Positions 12,521 through 23,719 of a stretch of 64,000 bases of DNA are shown one piece after another. Under the pieces are notes generated by a model, which saw nothing but the letters and a program-made list of their open reading frames with translations, was not told the origin of the DNA and made no database searches. The DNA is taken from assembly GCF_018350175.1 (NCBI RefSeq), contig NC_058368.1, positions 96,350,001 to 96,414,000 of the forward strand, in the 5' to 3' direction. How positions within the stretch are numbered: position 1 is the stretch's first letter; each line of letters begins with the position of its first letter. The DNA comes from Felis catus. Taxonomy: Eukaryota. A program made the translations under genes and the position numbers.

Positions 12521-14989
12521 AAGATGCACTATTATACCCAAAACTCTTTTAGAGGTGCCTTGTGCATATATGCATACAATCATCTATGTTAATTCTCTTC
12601 AAGATTTTAGTTTTAAACGAATGGCTTTGCTTACTGTTTAGAACCCTGGAGCATCAAAGAGTATTTCTTAAACAAGCAGATAATTATTTTTGCTGTATTT
12701 TGTTTCTGAACTCTTTTAAGATTAAGTTAAAGGGAAAAACTGTATTCCTTTGTGAGGAATTTTTTTTTTAATTCCTTTTCACTAGCTTCCCAGATAAATA
12801 AACAGTGGCTGCCAATTTCACTTTCAGGATAATTGATCCAAATTATCTAGGCCAAAGCTCTTTGAAAAATGCAAACGGCAGTCAATCCTTAGAAATATAA
12901 TTGATTAAAGGTCTAAAAGGGTGCATGTTGATTTAAAAGCCATATATTTGACCAGACCTGGATTGCACCCTTTAAGGATGCACAGAGTATCCCTTTAGAA
13001 AACTCATGACTGTATCAGTGCATGTGGAGGGCATTTACCTAGAGTCTTTGAATGGCAGACACTGAGTTAGGTGTTGGTGATGGAATAAGACAATTCAAAC
13101 ACTTGTGAGAGGTACCTGTCCTTGTGTAATTACATCTAGAAGAATCTTTCACAAACTATAAATCTTTATTGGATTTGTGAGAAAAAAAAATCGATGAAAC
13201 CTGAAATAACTGAAGAATGTATATTGGGAGGGAGTGATTTGCACAACTTATGGCAAAAAGAGTGTTTCTGGCAATGGAACACCCTAAATGGAGTGGTTGC
13301 TGAGTATTGGAAGTAAGTATGGATTTGAACAAAAAGGGGGAAGATACTGAAATCCAGTGTGAATTCTGTGTGGTTTCTTTGTTACTGCCTGAGTTTGATG
13401 ATTCCTTTTTTTCTGGCCATGGCCCTGATAAGCAATACTGATGAATTCTTGATACATTTATAACCTCTTTCACATTTTGAGAAAGAGACTTGAGAAACTA
13501 TGGGGGTGTTCTAGTGTCAGCTGACAAAACTTAGCTGAATCAAAACTAGGTGGAAATAGTCTTTTAGGCATAGGTTTCTTACAACCATTTCACCAGATGT
13601 GTTAGAAGAACATTCACAAATTTATCAGGAAGAGAAATGAGGCGTAGAGAAATAAAGTGGTTCAGTTCTCAGCAAGCAAACAGCGCTTCAGGGACAGTGT
13701 TGAAGAGAATCCTAAGGTTGGAAGAAACATTCAGAGGTCATCAATTGCTGTTCTCATTTGTCTGCTAAATGCATTATTCAGCGCCCGCCACACGAGAAAT
13801 TTCTATGTCCTTTCTCACTAACCTATCAAGAGTTTACAAGCCCACATTAGTTAACTCTACCAGAAACTGCTCCTGCCTGACCAACCCGCTTAACCAGAGT
13901 GCACAGCAGTCCAACAGACAAGTTTCTTAGTAATTTCCGTTGCCTGCACAGAAACACACAGTACTGCTCATTTTCTTTATTTCCAATATAAATTTTAAAG
14001 CCATGTTCACTACAAAGTTAGGAGGCTTTAGTAATATCTCTGTTTTAGACTTGAAGCGGTGAACTAAGATATAGCAAAGTTAATGTACATAGGATTTGTA
14101 TGTTACGTGCTTAGTTTCTGTTCAGTTTGCTGTGTCCATGTATCCACCATGATCCATGGCAGGTGAGTTGGTGAGGAAAATAAATGCCATCCCAGTGGGA
14201 GTCACTGACCTTTACTGTGTTGTTCCACTCCGGATTTTTCTATTAGCATATCTCCACTCCTAAAGCCCACCTACATTTCACTCCCCATTATGGGGAAAAG
14301 ATGCTGCTGCTATGCATTTAAGGAAACTTTAAGAACCAAACTTTACCAAGTAGAAAAACATTGTTCATCTTGATGCATTTCTGTTCGATCAAGTTTTAAG
14401 CATAATGGCAGCATGATATTTTTACATGTTGTTGAAGTGAATAATTCATTGAGGAATCTGGAAAGGAAACACTTCTAGAATCACCCACTAAAGAGAGGAC
14501 TTGTTCAACTGAGTATCAAAAAATAGGCTTAAGATTTCCTCTGTGAGTTTTCCGCCAATAAACATAAGCTTAATGACACTAAAGATACGAAATCGGAAAA
14601 AGAGATTGACTTATATGCACATTTTGATTATACTTTGATCATCACTACTTTGCACAAAGGTCAGCTAGATGCCATTTTTTTTTCACCTCCAAAGTAACAT
14701 CACTCCAGCAACGTCCCCCTGTCTGGTGCTGGCATTTTCTTTTGCTACTGAATCATTGCACAAATAGACTCCCGCCCCTAGCTACCTCAGTTGCAGAGAG
14801 CTGCCTTACCCAAGCACGTGTCTCTCCTTGTGGGCACAAATCCCATGGCTGATTTTTTCTGGGTCATAAAAACCCAGATATTTAATGCAGAACACTCTTC
14901 AGACTCCCTTCATGTTCGTAGCACTCCACAAAATGGCCCAAGGCTTTTTGGAGCCTACCTCACAGTTCAAACGCACGACAGTTGAAATT

Positions 14990-15797
14990 CATCCTCTATA
15001 CTGCTTTCTTTTTTTCCCTCCACAGGAGTTGATCCCTAATACAGCATGCCAAAACCCATTTCCAGGTGTGCTTGTATCAAATGCCATGGGATGGTTTTCT
15101 TGTCAAGGTCACAAAAAGCTCTTCACACTGCTAAATCCAATGGACAATTTTCGGTTTTCATCTTACTAGGACTACTAATTGGCCTTGAGCTTCTCTTCAC
15201 ACCCTATTTTCCTCAGTGTAGTTTCCCAAAGCAATGAGAGCGATGCCTTTAAAACACAAGATAAGTCATCTCCTTCCTTTGTTCAACAGCGTCTAATGTT
15301 TGGCAGGTCAATCTAAGTAGAAGCCAGAGTCCTTATAATTTCCCTCAAGGTCCAATATGGCAACACCTTCACCTGTAACCCTTTCAACTTCATCCACTGT
15401 TGCTTCTCCCTTGCTCATTTTGCTTCAGCCACACTTAGCCTTGTCACTGGTTCTTCATCAAGCCAATCATGCTCCTGTCTAGCAGCATATCCTAAATGTG
15501 AACTAGCCTCCTCATTTCTGTCTAGGCTCCAACATATAGTACTTGGTGGAGATCATACCTATGTTCATTACAGCATCCTCCCCTTCCCTTCTCATATTCC
15601 TATTTCCTGAAACCTTTGCTTTTTTTCCCTTTCCATTTTTGCCATCTGACATGAGATGTGTTGACTTTTTTGGTTCCTCTCCTCCCCTAAGAATTTCCAT
15701 AATGAAAGAAACAGTATTTGTTCACTACTATAATTACAGAACCCAAAATAATTCAACAAATTTGTCAGACTAAATAAATCATCATTGAATGAATGAT
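14990..15797 (+). mobile_element. L2a 3' region
   Basis: gtcaaggtcac...ctgctaaatccaatggacaattt, ttcagccacact, terminal tcaacaaatttg...tgaatgaatga. Confidence 0.7.
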
Positions 15798-15921
15798 GTA
15801 ACTAATGAATCAACTTCTGAGAGTACATTTTCTGGGGAATAACAATAGAGTTACCTTTGGTGTGAACTATATAGTAGCCTAATATTTTACAATACACTAG
15901 AGATCCACAACATTGTTATAT

Positions 15922-15999
15922 GGCTCATACCCACAAACCATGAGGTCGTGACCTTTGCCGAAATGGGACACTTAACCAACTGAGCCACCCAGGTGCCTC
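15922..15999 (-). mobile_element. Can-SINE head-only fragment (no 3' half or tail)
   Basis: Only the tRNA-like 5' ~78 bp are present. Confidence 0.85.
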
Positions 16000-16039
16000 T
16001 AAAATGAATACATTTAGAACATTCACTTACTGTTTATTT

Positions 16040-16250
16040 TAATTTTTTTTAATGTTTATTTATTTTTGAGAAGAGATAGAGAACATGAAAAGGGGAGGAG
16101 CAGAGAGAGAGAGAGACACAGAATCTGAAGCATGCTCCAGGCTCTGAGCCAGCAGCACAGAGCCCGATGCAGGGCTCAAACCCACAAACCGCGAAATCAT
16201 GACCAGAGCCGAAGTCTGACGCTTAAACAACTGAGCCACCCGGGCACCCC
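16040..16250 (-). mobile_element. Can-SINE
   Basis: Full body; TSD cacttactgtttattt / cacttgctgtttattt. Confidence 0.95.
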
Positions 16251-17270
16251 CACTTGCTGTTTATTTAATATCCCTCCTGGGTAAATGCCTTTCCAAAGCT
16301 GCTGTGATTGGTAGAGATATCAAGCATTCCTTAGTTTGAGAACCATTCTAAATTCCAGGGCTGTTCCAAATGCTGTCAGTACATATGGAAATGAAAGCGA
16401 ATTTTTAAAACTAGAATTCTATTTTCAGAAAAGGTTAGGAGGTTCTGTCACTACAGTAATGATTCTGACACATATTCATTTGCAAGGAAGATGGACTGTG
16501 ATGAGGTTTTCTTCTCAAAATATGTGATAGTTTTAAAGATATTCTTGGAATAAAACAAAGACCTTACTGCCCACATCATGGTAAGTGCAACTAAATCAAG
16601 AATCCTAAGTAAAATTTAATCAGCCAGATTCTGTGACTAATGGAATGACCTAGTGAAGGCCTCTAAGGTTCCAGACCTGCTTGCCAACCTGCATTTCCTC
16701 ATCTAAATTTAGGGTGCATACACCATAACAGCAGAAGGACATTATGGCTACACTGACCCTCACATAGGAGGGAGGTTCAATGTTAACCATCTCTGATGGG
16801 GAAAAGAAAAGAAAAGAAAAAAAGAGGAAACTAATTTAGGATCCCCAGTTAAATGCTGATCATGCTGGCAGATAAGTAAATAGCTGGCTATTTCGACCTA
16901 TTCTTCATCATAAGCTTGGGGTATGTCCCTGCATTATGAACACAAGATTTCTCAACCATGCAGATGTAGAGGGGAGATATAAAACTTTTTAATTTGTAAT
17001 AAATGAAGCAATAAGAACAATTTATTTGAAGACAAATTATATAAAACATCCATTTTTATAGTTGGGACACCTTCTTTTCAAAGCTAAAGGAGAGCCCAAA
17101 TCTATTGGCTTCCAGTAAATGGAAAAGTACTTAATACTGACACATGTAAAGTTGTTACATTTTAAATTAAAATCCGTATCTAGAAACATATAATTGAAGA
17201 CCCCAAAGTTTTAGAGTTAAGTACTAACAGTACATTTGGGATTATTTATTTAACTTTGCCTTTAACTTTA

Positions 17271-17307
17271 TTTTTCATTTTTATTTTCTTAGGGTTTATT
17301 TATTTTT

Positions 17308-17375
<68 letters not shown>

Positions 17376-17543
17376 ACACACAAATGAGGGAGGGGCAGAG
17401 AGAGGGAGACACAGAACTCTAAGCAGGCTCCAGGCTCTGAGCTGTCAGCACAGAGCCCGATGCCGGGCTCGAACCCATGAACCGCGAGATCATGACCCGA
17501 GCCAAAGTCTGATGCTTAACTGACTGAGCCACCCAGGTGCTCC
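17271..17543 (-). mobile_element. Can-SINE with long (GA)n
   Basis: Full antisense body; degenerate TSD ...tttaacttta. Confidence 0.95.
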
Positions 17544-17754
17544 AATTTTGACTTTAACTTTAATAATATATTTTTAATTTTGAAATTAAAGCCTCAACTG
17601 TGGTCAGAGCTATAGCCTCTTAAGAGGGCTCAATGTCCTAAGAAAGTAAAGATAAGCAGAATTCCAACATGATTGCTCATAAAAAGGAGTTTTCACTGAA
17701 GTTTATAGGTAGTTTTATAGAATTAAGAGCTATTAGTAATATTAATAGTACAAA

Positions 17755-17985
17755 TACTAATATTCACTTTAAGTGCTATGTGCCAGCCAGTATTTTAAGA
17801 CTTTTCCATATATTTTCCCCTTTTATCTTCATTACCTTCTCCTCTTCAGAGTGAGGTACTATGATGATACCCATTTACGGGGGAGGAAACTGAGACTGAG
17901 CATGCAAATACTCTGGGCGAGGGCACAGAACTAAGTGATGGGGACTGAATTCTGACCTCAAAGGCCATGTTTTTAATCACTTCGC
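17755..17985 (-). mobile_element. MIR SINE
   Basis: cccatttacgggggaggaaactgagactgag core; gtgctatgtgccag and ccatgtttttaatcact ends. Confidence 0.8.
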
Positions 17986-18762
17986 TGTTAACAAAAACGA
18001 TTAGCTAGGGGAACAAAAGGTTGAAACACAGACTCCAGCAGGAAGTCTGTCCTCACGGTGCCAGGAGAGGCAGTCATAAATAGTAAAATCCAGGCAATCT
18101 TCAGGTCATTTTCTCTCCCCAATGGCAAATAAACAGCTTGACTCGCAGTTTTGACAGAGCACGTCAGTTGATTTGGCATCGGCAGGCCCAGTCTTCGTCT
18201 AGCTACCATATACTACAGGGAGGTTCTTGGCCACAGTCCTCGTCAGCATTGTTTCACAACACTGTTAATCATGTACTCCCAGCAGAGGTTCAAGCCACAA
18301 CAGAGTACATTAGATCTAGTCTTCACAGCTCAGCGGGTTTACGGAAAATTTAGAGGCGAGCACTCGGCCCTCTACATCATCTTATTGTCCTATCAACAGA
18401 TTTACCCTTGGGCAATTACTTTAGGAGTGTGGCTACACAAAGAAATTCCTCAACACCCTAAGAAAGTAAAGAGGTTAGCGGTAATGGTGCTTCTCTACAT
18501 GAAGTTTGCATTGCCATGTTGTGTTATCAACTGTCACACGGTGGTTAAGTGAAAAGACTATGCTCCGTAGAAACTATTGTGCCCCCACACGTCCCCTAAA
18601 TCGACGTATTTTTAGGCTCCACATTTTCACATTGAGAGGGTTCCTGTTTTGCATTCACCAGCACCTCTGTGTAAATAATCACCAAATAATTTCTAATCCT
18701 GTAAACTCAGCTAGCCTGAGCAACTCAACATCCCGAAAGGAAAACACTACGTTAGCGTATTT

Positions 18763-19014
18763 TCTTTTTTTTTTTTTAAGTTTATTTATTTTTGAGGAAG
18801 AGTGCAAATTTGCATGAACCTGAATGGGGTAGGGGTGGAGAGAGAGGGAAGGGGAGAGAGAGGGAGGGGCAGAGAGAGAGAGAGAATCCCAAGCAGGTTC
18901 TTCAAAATCAGCATGGAGCCGGAGGTGGGGCTCGAACTCACAAACCGTGAAATCCTGACCTGAGCTGAAATCAAGATTCAGATGCTTAACTAACTGAGCC
19001 ACCCAGATGCCCCC
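18763..19014 (-). mobile_element. Older Can-SINE
   Basis: gagaatcccaagcagg body; TSD gttagcgtattt / gttaacgtattt. Confidence 0.93.
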
Positions 19015-19356
19015 AAAGTTAACGTATTTCTAACATCCCTTGAGATATAGTTAAATGGAGAAATTTGATGCTGAATACTAATGGTGTTCAGAAATAAGTT
19101 GAATAGCAGCAACCCCTGCCAGTCTACCTGGATCTCAAAGTTAAAGGACCAGGGTTACTGCCTAATCTAGGAACTGGCTTGACTGCAAATACAAATTTGA
19201 GTCAAAGATTATATGGTGAAGAAACTAGGTCATGGGAATAGTGAAGAGAACATAAGAGAAGCTAGGGAAATAACAGTTTGAAAAGAAAACTAGAAATGTC
19301 TGGAATCACAAGTGTGCTAGTGAACGAACAATCCAAACTGTCCTGTGCCTTAAAGG

Positions 19357-19859
19357 TGCATTAGTTGTGTTCTGTTGTAGCCAATTACTTCGTAGCTTTA
19401 GGACAACATATATTTACTATCTCACAATTTCTGTGGATCGGGAAACCAGGCACAGTGGAGCTAAAAGTGCCTCTGGCTCAGGGTCCTCATGACAAGGGGT
19501 CCGTCAAGTTGTCAGCAGGGACTACAATCATCTCAAGACTTGGCTGTGTCTGAAAGATTTGATACCAAGCTCGTTCTCAAGAGCCTCTCCTTAGGTCGGC
19601 CTCATGACAGCAGAGTTGGCTTCCAGCAGGGTGAGCTGGCTGCGTCCACAGGGAAAGGGAGAGAAAGCACACGCAGGACTTGAGCTATTGTACTGACACA
19701 GCTTAATCTCAGAAAAGACATCCCATCACTTTGTCACATTCTATTCACCAGAAGCAACTCAGAAATCCAGTTGTTAGTGAAAGGGAGGAGAATACACAAG
19801 GGAGAGGACATCAGGAAGCAAGACCACTTAGGAGCTAGTTTAAGCAGCTGCCCACCAGA
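19357..19859 (-). mobile_element. MaLR solo LTR (MLT1F-like)
   Basis: TGCATTAGTT...tttactatctcacaatttctgtggatc...ctgcccaccaga; perfect 5-bp TSD AAAGG at 19352-19356 and 19860-19864. Confidence 0.85.
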
Positions 19860-21606
19860 AAAGGTAATAGAAAAAGCTGGAATCTTACACAATTAAGAAG
19901 ATCCTAGCTTTATTTACATTTTATCTAAAAAGTACTCTTCAATTAATAGGCATGCAGAGTGAAATTGACAGTAATACAATAATAGCAGGGGACTTTAACA
20001 CAACACTTACATCAATGGATAGATCATCCAGACAGAAAATCAATAAGGAAACAAGGGCTTTGAACAACACATTAGACCAGATGGACTTCACAGATATAAA
20101 CAGAATAGTCCATCTATAAATGGGAGAATACACATTCTTTGCAGAAACATATGGAACAATCTCCAGAATAGATCACATGTTAGGTCATAAAACAATTCTC
20201 AGTGAATTTACGAAGTCTGTAATCCTATCAAGCATCTTTTCTGACCATGCCAGTGTGAAACTAGAAATCAACTATAAGAAAAAAACTGGAAAACATGCAA
20301 ACACATAAAGGCTAAACAGGGTACTAAACACCCAACGGATCAATGGAAAAAATCAAAAAGGAAATCAAATTAGAGAAATCAGAGTGGAAAACAAATGAAA
20401 CCTGGCCAAATTCAAATGGAAATTCAATAGTTCAAAATCTTTAGGACACAGAAAAAGCAGTTCTAAGAGGAAGTGTGTAGCCATAAAGCCCTACTTCCAG
20501 GCACAAGAAAAAACCTCAACTAAACAATCCAATCTCACATCTGAAGGAATTAAAAAAGAACAAAGCCAAAGGTTGGTAGAAAAAAGGAAATAATAAACGT
20601 CACAGTTGAAGTGACTAAACAATTGAAAAGATCAATGAAACGAAGCTCCTTCTTTGAAAAGATAAACAAAATTGATAAACCTTTAGCACTGATCAAAAAA
20701 AAAAAGAGGACTTAAATAATCAGAAATGAAGGAAGAGTTACAAATGACATCAAAGAAATACAAAGTGCTGTAAGAGACTGCTAGAAAATATTATACACCA
20801 ACAAATTAAAGACCCTAGAAGAAATGGAAAAATTCCTAGAAGCACACAATCTTCTAAGATTTCATCAAGAAGCAATAAAAAATTTGGAAAGACTGATTAC
20901 TAACAACAAAATTGAACCAGTCATCAAAACACTCCCAAAAAACAAGAGTCCCGAACCAGACAGCTTTACAGGTGAATTCCACCAAATATTTAAAGAAGAG
21001 GTAATACCTATACTTCTCAAACACTTACAAAAAAAAAAAAAAAACACACACAAAAGGAAGGGATGCTTCCAAATTCATTCCATGAGGCCAGCATTATCCT
21101 GATACCAAATCAGATAAAGATACTACAAAAAAGAAAGAAAATTACAGACCAGTAGCCCTGATGAACACAGATGTAAAAATTCTCAACAAAATATTAGCAG
21201 ACCAAATTAAGCAATATATTAAAAAGATCATTCACTATAATCAGATGGGACCCATTTGGGGGAAGCAAGAATGGTTCAAAATCTACAAATCGTTCAAAGT
21301 GATACACCATGTTAACAAAAGAAAAAATTCACATGATCACCTCAACAGATGCAGAAAAAGCATTGGATAAAATTCAATATCCATTCATTAAAAAAAAAAA
21401 AACTTTCAACAAATTGGGTTTAGGGGAATATATTTCAACACAATAAAAGCTGTATATGACAAATCTACATTTAACCTCATACTCAAAGGTAAAATCCTGA
21501 AAGCTTTTCCTCTAAGATCAGCAACAATGTAAGGCTCTCCACTCCCACCACTTTTATTCAATATAGTACTGGAAGTCCATAACACCACAATCAAACCAGA
21601 AAAAGA

Positions 21607-21801
21607 GGGGTACCTCAGTGGCTCAGTTGGTTGAGCATCCAACTTTTGATCAGCTTAGATCATGATCTTAGGGTTCTGAGATCTAGCCCCATATCAGACT
21701 CTGTGCTGAGCGTGGAGCCTGCTTAAGATTCTCTCTATCTCCCCACTCTGTCTCTCTCCCTGCTCGCACATCTCTCTCTAAAATAAAAAAAAAAAAAAAA
21801 A
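21607..21801 (+). mobile_element. Older Can-SINE inside L1
   Basis: GGGGTACCTCAGTGGCTCAG head, poly(A) tail. Confidence 0.9.
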
Positions 21802-21803
21802 GA

Positions 21804-22028
21804 GGGGCACCTGGGTGGCTCAGTGGGTTAAGCGTCCAACTTCGGCTCAGGTCATGATCTCATGGTCTGTGAGTTTGAGCCCTGCGTCAGGTTCTGTGCT
21901 GACAGCTCAGAGCCTGGATCCTGTTTCGGATTCTGTGTCTCCCTCTCTTTCTAGCCCTCCCCCACTTGTGCTCTGTCTCTCTTGCTCTCAAAAATAAATA
22001 AAACATAAAACATTTTTTAAATAAAAAA
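21804..22028 (+). mobile_element. Can-SINE head-to-tail with the previous SINE
   Basis: GGGGCACCTGGGTGGCTCAG directly after the A tail of the 21607 copy. Confidence 0.94.
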
Positions 22029-22649
22029 CTATATAAAATGCATTAAATTGGCAAAAAATAGGTGACATTGTAAATATTTGTTCATGAAATGATTCTATAT
22101 ATAGAATACCCTGAACACTCCACCTAAAATCAGTTAGAAGTAATATATGAATTCAGTAAAGTCATAGGATACAAAATTAATATAGAGCAATCTGTTGTGT
22201 TTCTATACATTAATAATGAGCTAGCAGAAAATAAAAAGTTAAGAAAACAATCCCATTTACAACTGCATCAAAAAAATATGATACCTAGGAATTTAACCAA
22301 GAAGCTGAAAGATGTGTACCATGAAAACACTAACTATGATGAAAAACTTGAAGACAACACAAGTAAGTGGGAAGATATACCATGCTTGTGGGTTGAGAGG
22401 TAAATATTGTTAAAAAGTCTACATTACTCAAAACAGTTTACTGATATGTTGCAAAATCTATCAAAATACCACTAATGTCCTTCACAGGACTGGAACAAAT
22501 AATCCTAAAATTTGTATAGAACCACACACACACACACACACAAATAGCCAATGAAATTTTGAGAAACAAGAACAAAGCTCAAGGTATCACAATCCAGATG
22601 CAAACTATACTCCAAAGCTAAAGCAATTAAAATGGCACAGTACTGGCAT

Positions 22650-22655
22650 AAATAT

Positions 22656-22690
<35 letters not shown>

Positions 22691-22817
22691 TATTTATATG
22701 AATATATTTTTATATACTTATATTTATATGTTTATATAAATATATTTATAAATTTATCTGTTCCACTGATATATATTAATTTATCAGTTATATCAGTTAT
22801 CAGATATATATATATAT
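22650..22817. repeat. AT-rich low-complexity insertion, (TATT)n/(TA)n, with an inverted repeat arm
   Basis: Directly visible; interrupts L1 ORF2 between ggcataaa and cagtggaacagaatag. Confidence 0.85.
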
Positions 22818-23170
22818 CAGTGGAACAGAATAGTGAGCCCAGAAATAAACCCACATTTATATGTTCAATTAATCTATGACAAAGGTGGGAAGATTATACA
22901 ATGGGGAAGACAGCGTCTTCAATAAATGGTGTTGGAAAACTGAACAGCTACATGCAAAAGAATGAACTGGACCGCCTTCTTACACCATACATAAAATAAA
23001 CTCAAAATGAGTTACAACCTAAGTGTGAGACCTAAAACCATAAAACTCCTTAAAGAAAACATAGGCAGTATTCTCTTGGACAATGACCTAACAATATTTT
23101 TCTGTACCTGTCATCTCAGGCTAGGGAAACAAAAGCACAAATAAATAATTGGGACTATGCCAAACTAAAA

Positions 23171-23369
23171 ATATTGAAAAAAAAGTATTTATTTTGAGAT
23201 AAAGAGAGAGAAAGATAACATGAGCAGGGGAGGGGCAGAGAGACAGGGAGAGAGAATCCCAAGCAGGCTCTGTACTGAGAACACAGCTGGATCCCATGAA
23301 CCATGAGATCATGACCCTAACTGAAATCAAGAGTCAGAGGCTCAACTTACTGAGCTATGTAGGTGTCCC
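23171..23369 (-). mobile_element. Can-SINE (diverged) inside L1
   Basis: Antisense body; TSD caaactaaaa on both sides. Confidence 0.88.
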
Positions 23370-23719
23370 AAACTAAAAGCTTTTGCTAAGTAAAAGAAAC
23401 AACCAACAAATTAAAGGGCAACCTATTGAATAGGAGAAGATATTAGCAAATGATCTATCTAATAAGGAATTAATATCCAAAATATATTTAAAAAATTCAT
23501 ACAACTGAACACCAAGAACATGAATAATCTGATCAAAAATAAACAGGAGACCCAAATAGACATTTTTCCAAAGAAGATACACAAATGGCCAATAGGTACA
23601 TGAAAAGATGTTCATCATCACTAATCATCAGGGAAATGCAAATCAAAATGACAATGATATATCACCTTGTACCTGTCAGTGTGGCTAGTATCAAAGAGAC
23701 AAGAAATGAAAAGTATTGG

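Larger units (their letters stand above)
19940..23719 (+). mobile_element. Older LINE-1 (L1MA9/L1_Carn-like), ORF2 part 1, 5'-truncated and degenerate
   Basis: ORF2-like peptides in ORF track ([40 protein letters not shown]); many stops and frameshifts; interrupted by SINEs and a younger L1. Confidence 0.92.

Noticed and set aside
12916..12973. 10-bp inverted repeat AAAGGGTGCA...TGCACCCTTT as a possible pre-miRNA
   Set aside because: The stem does not extend and the interior pairs poorly; consistent with chance.
14111..16586. Plus-strand exon-like segments (~14126-14162 with CAG|GTGAGT; ~16429-16580 with ATG|GTAAGT)
   Set aside because: The second has stops in all frames and the first is tiny and unrecognisable. 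Such motifs are expected by chance in 64 kb and no coherent gene model emerges.
21815..21997. Recurrent ORFs such as MAQWVKRPTSAQVMIS... (also near 29067, 39578, 40574, 43578, 44081)
   Set aside because: Translations of Can-SINE bodies, not a gene family.
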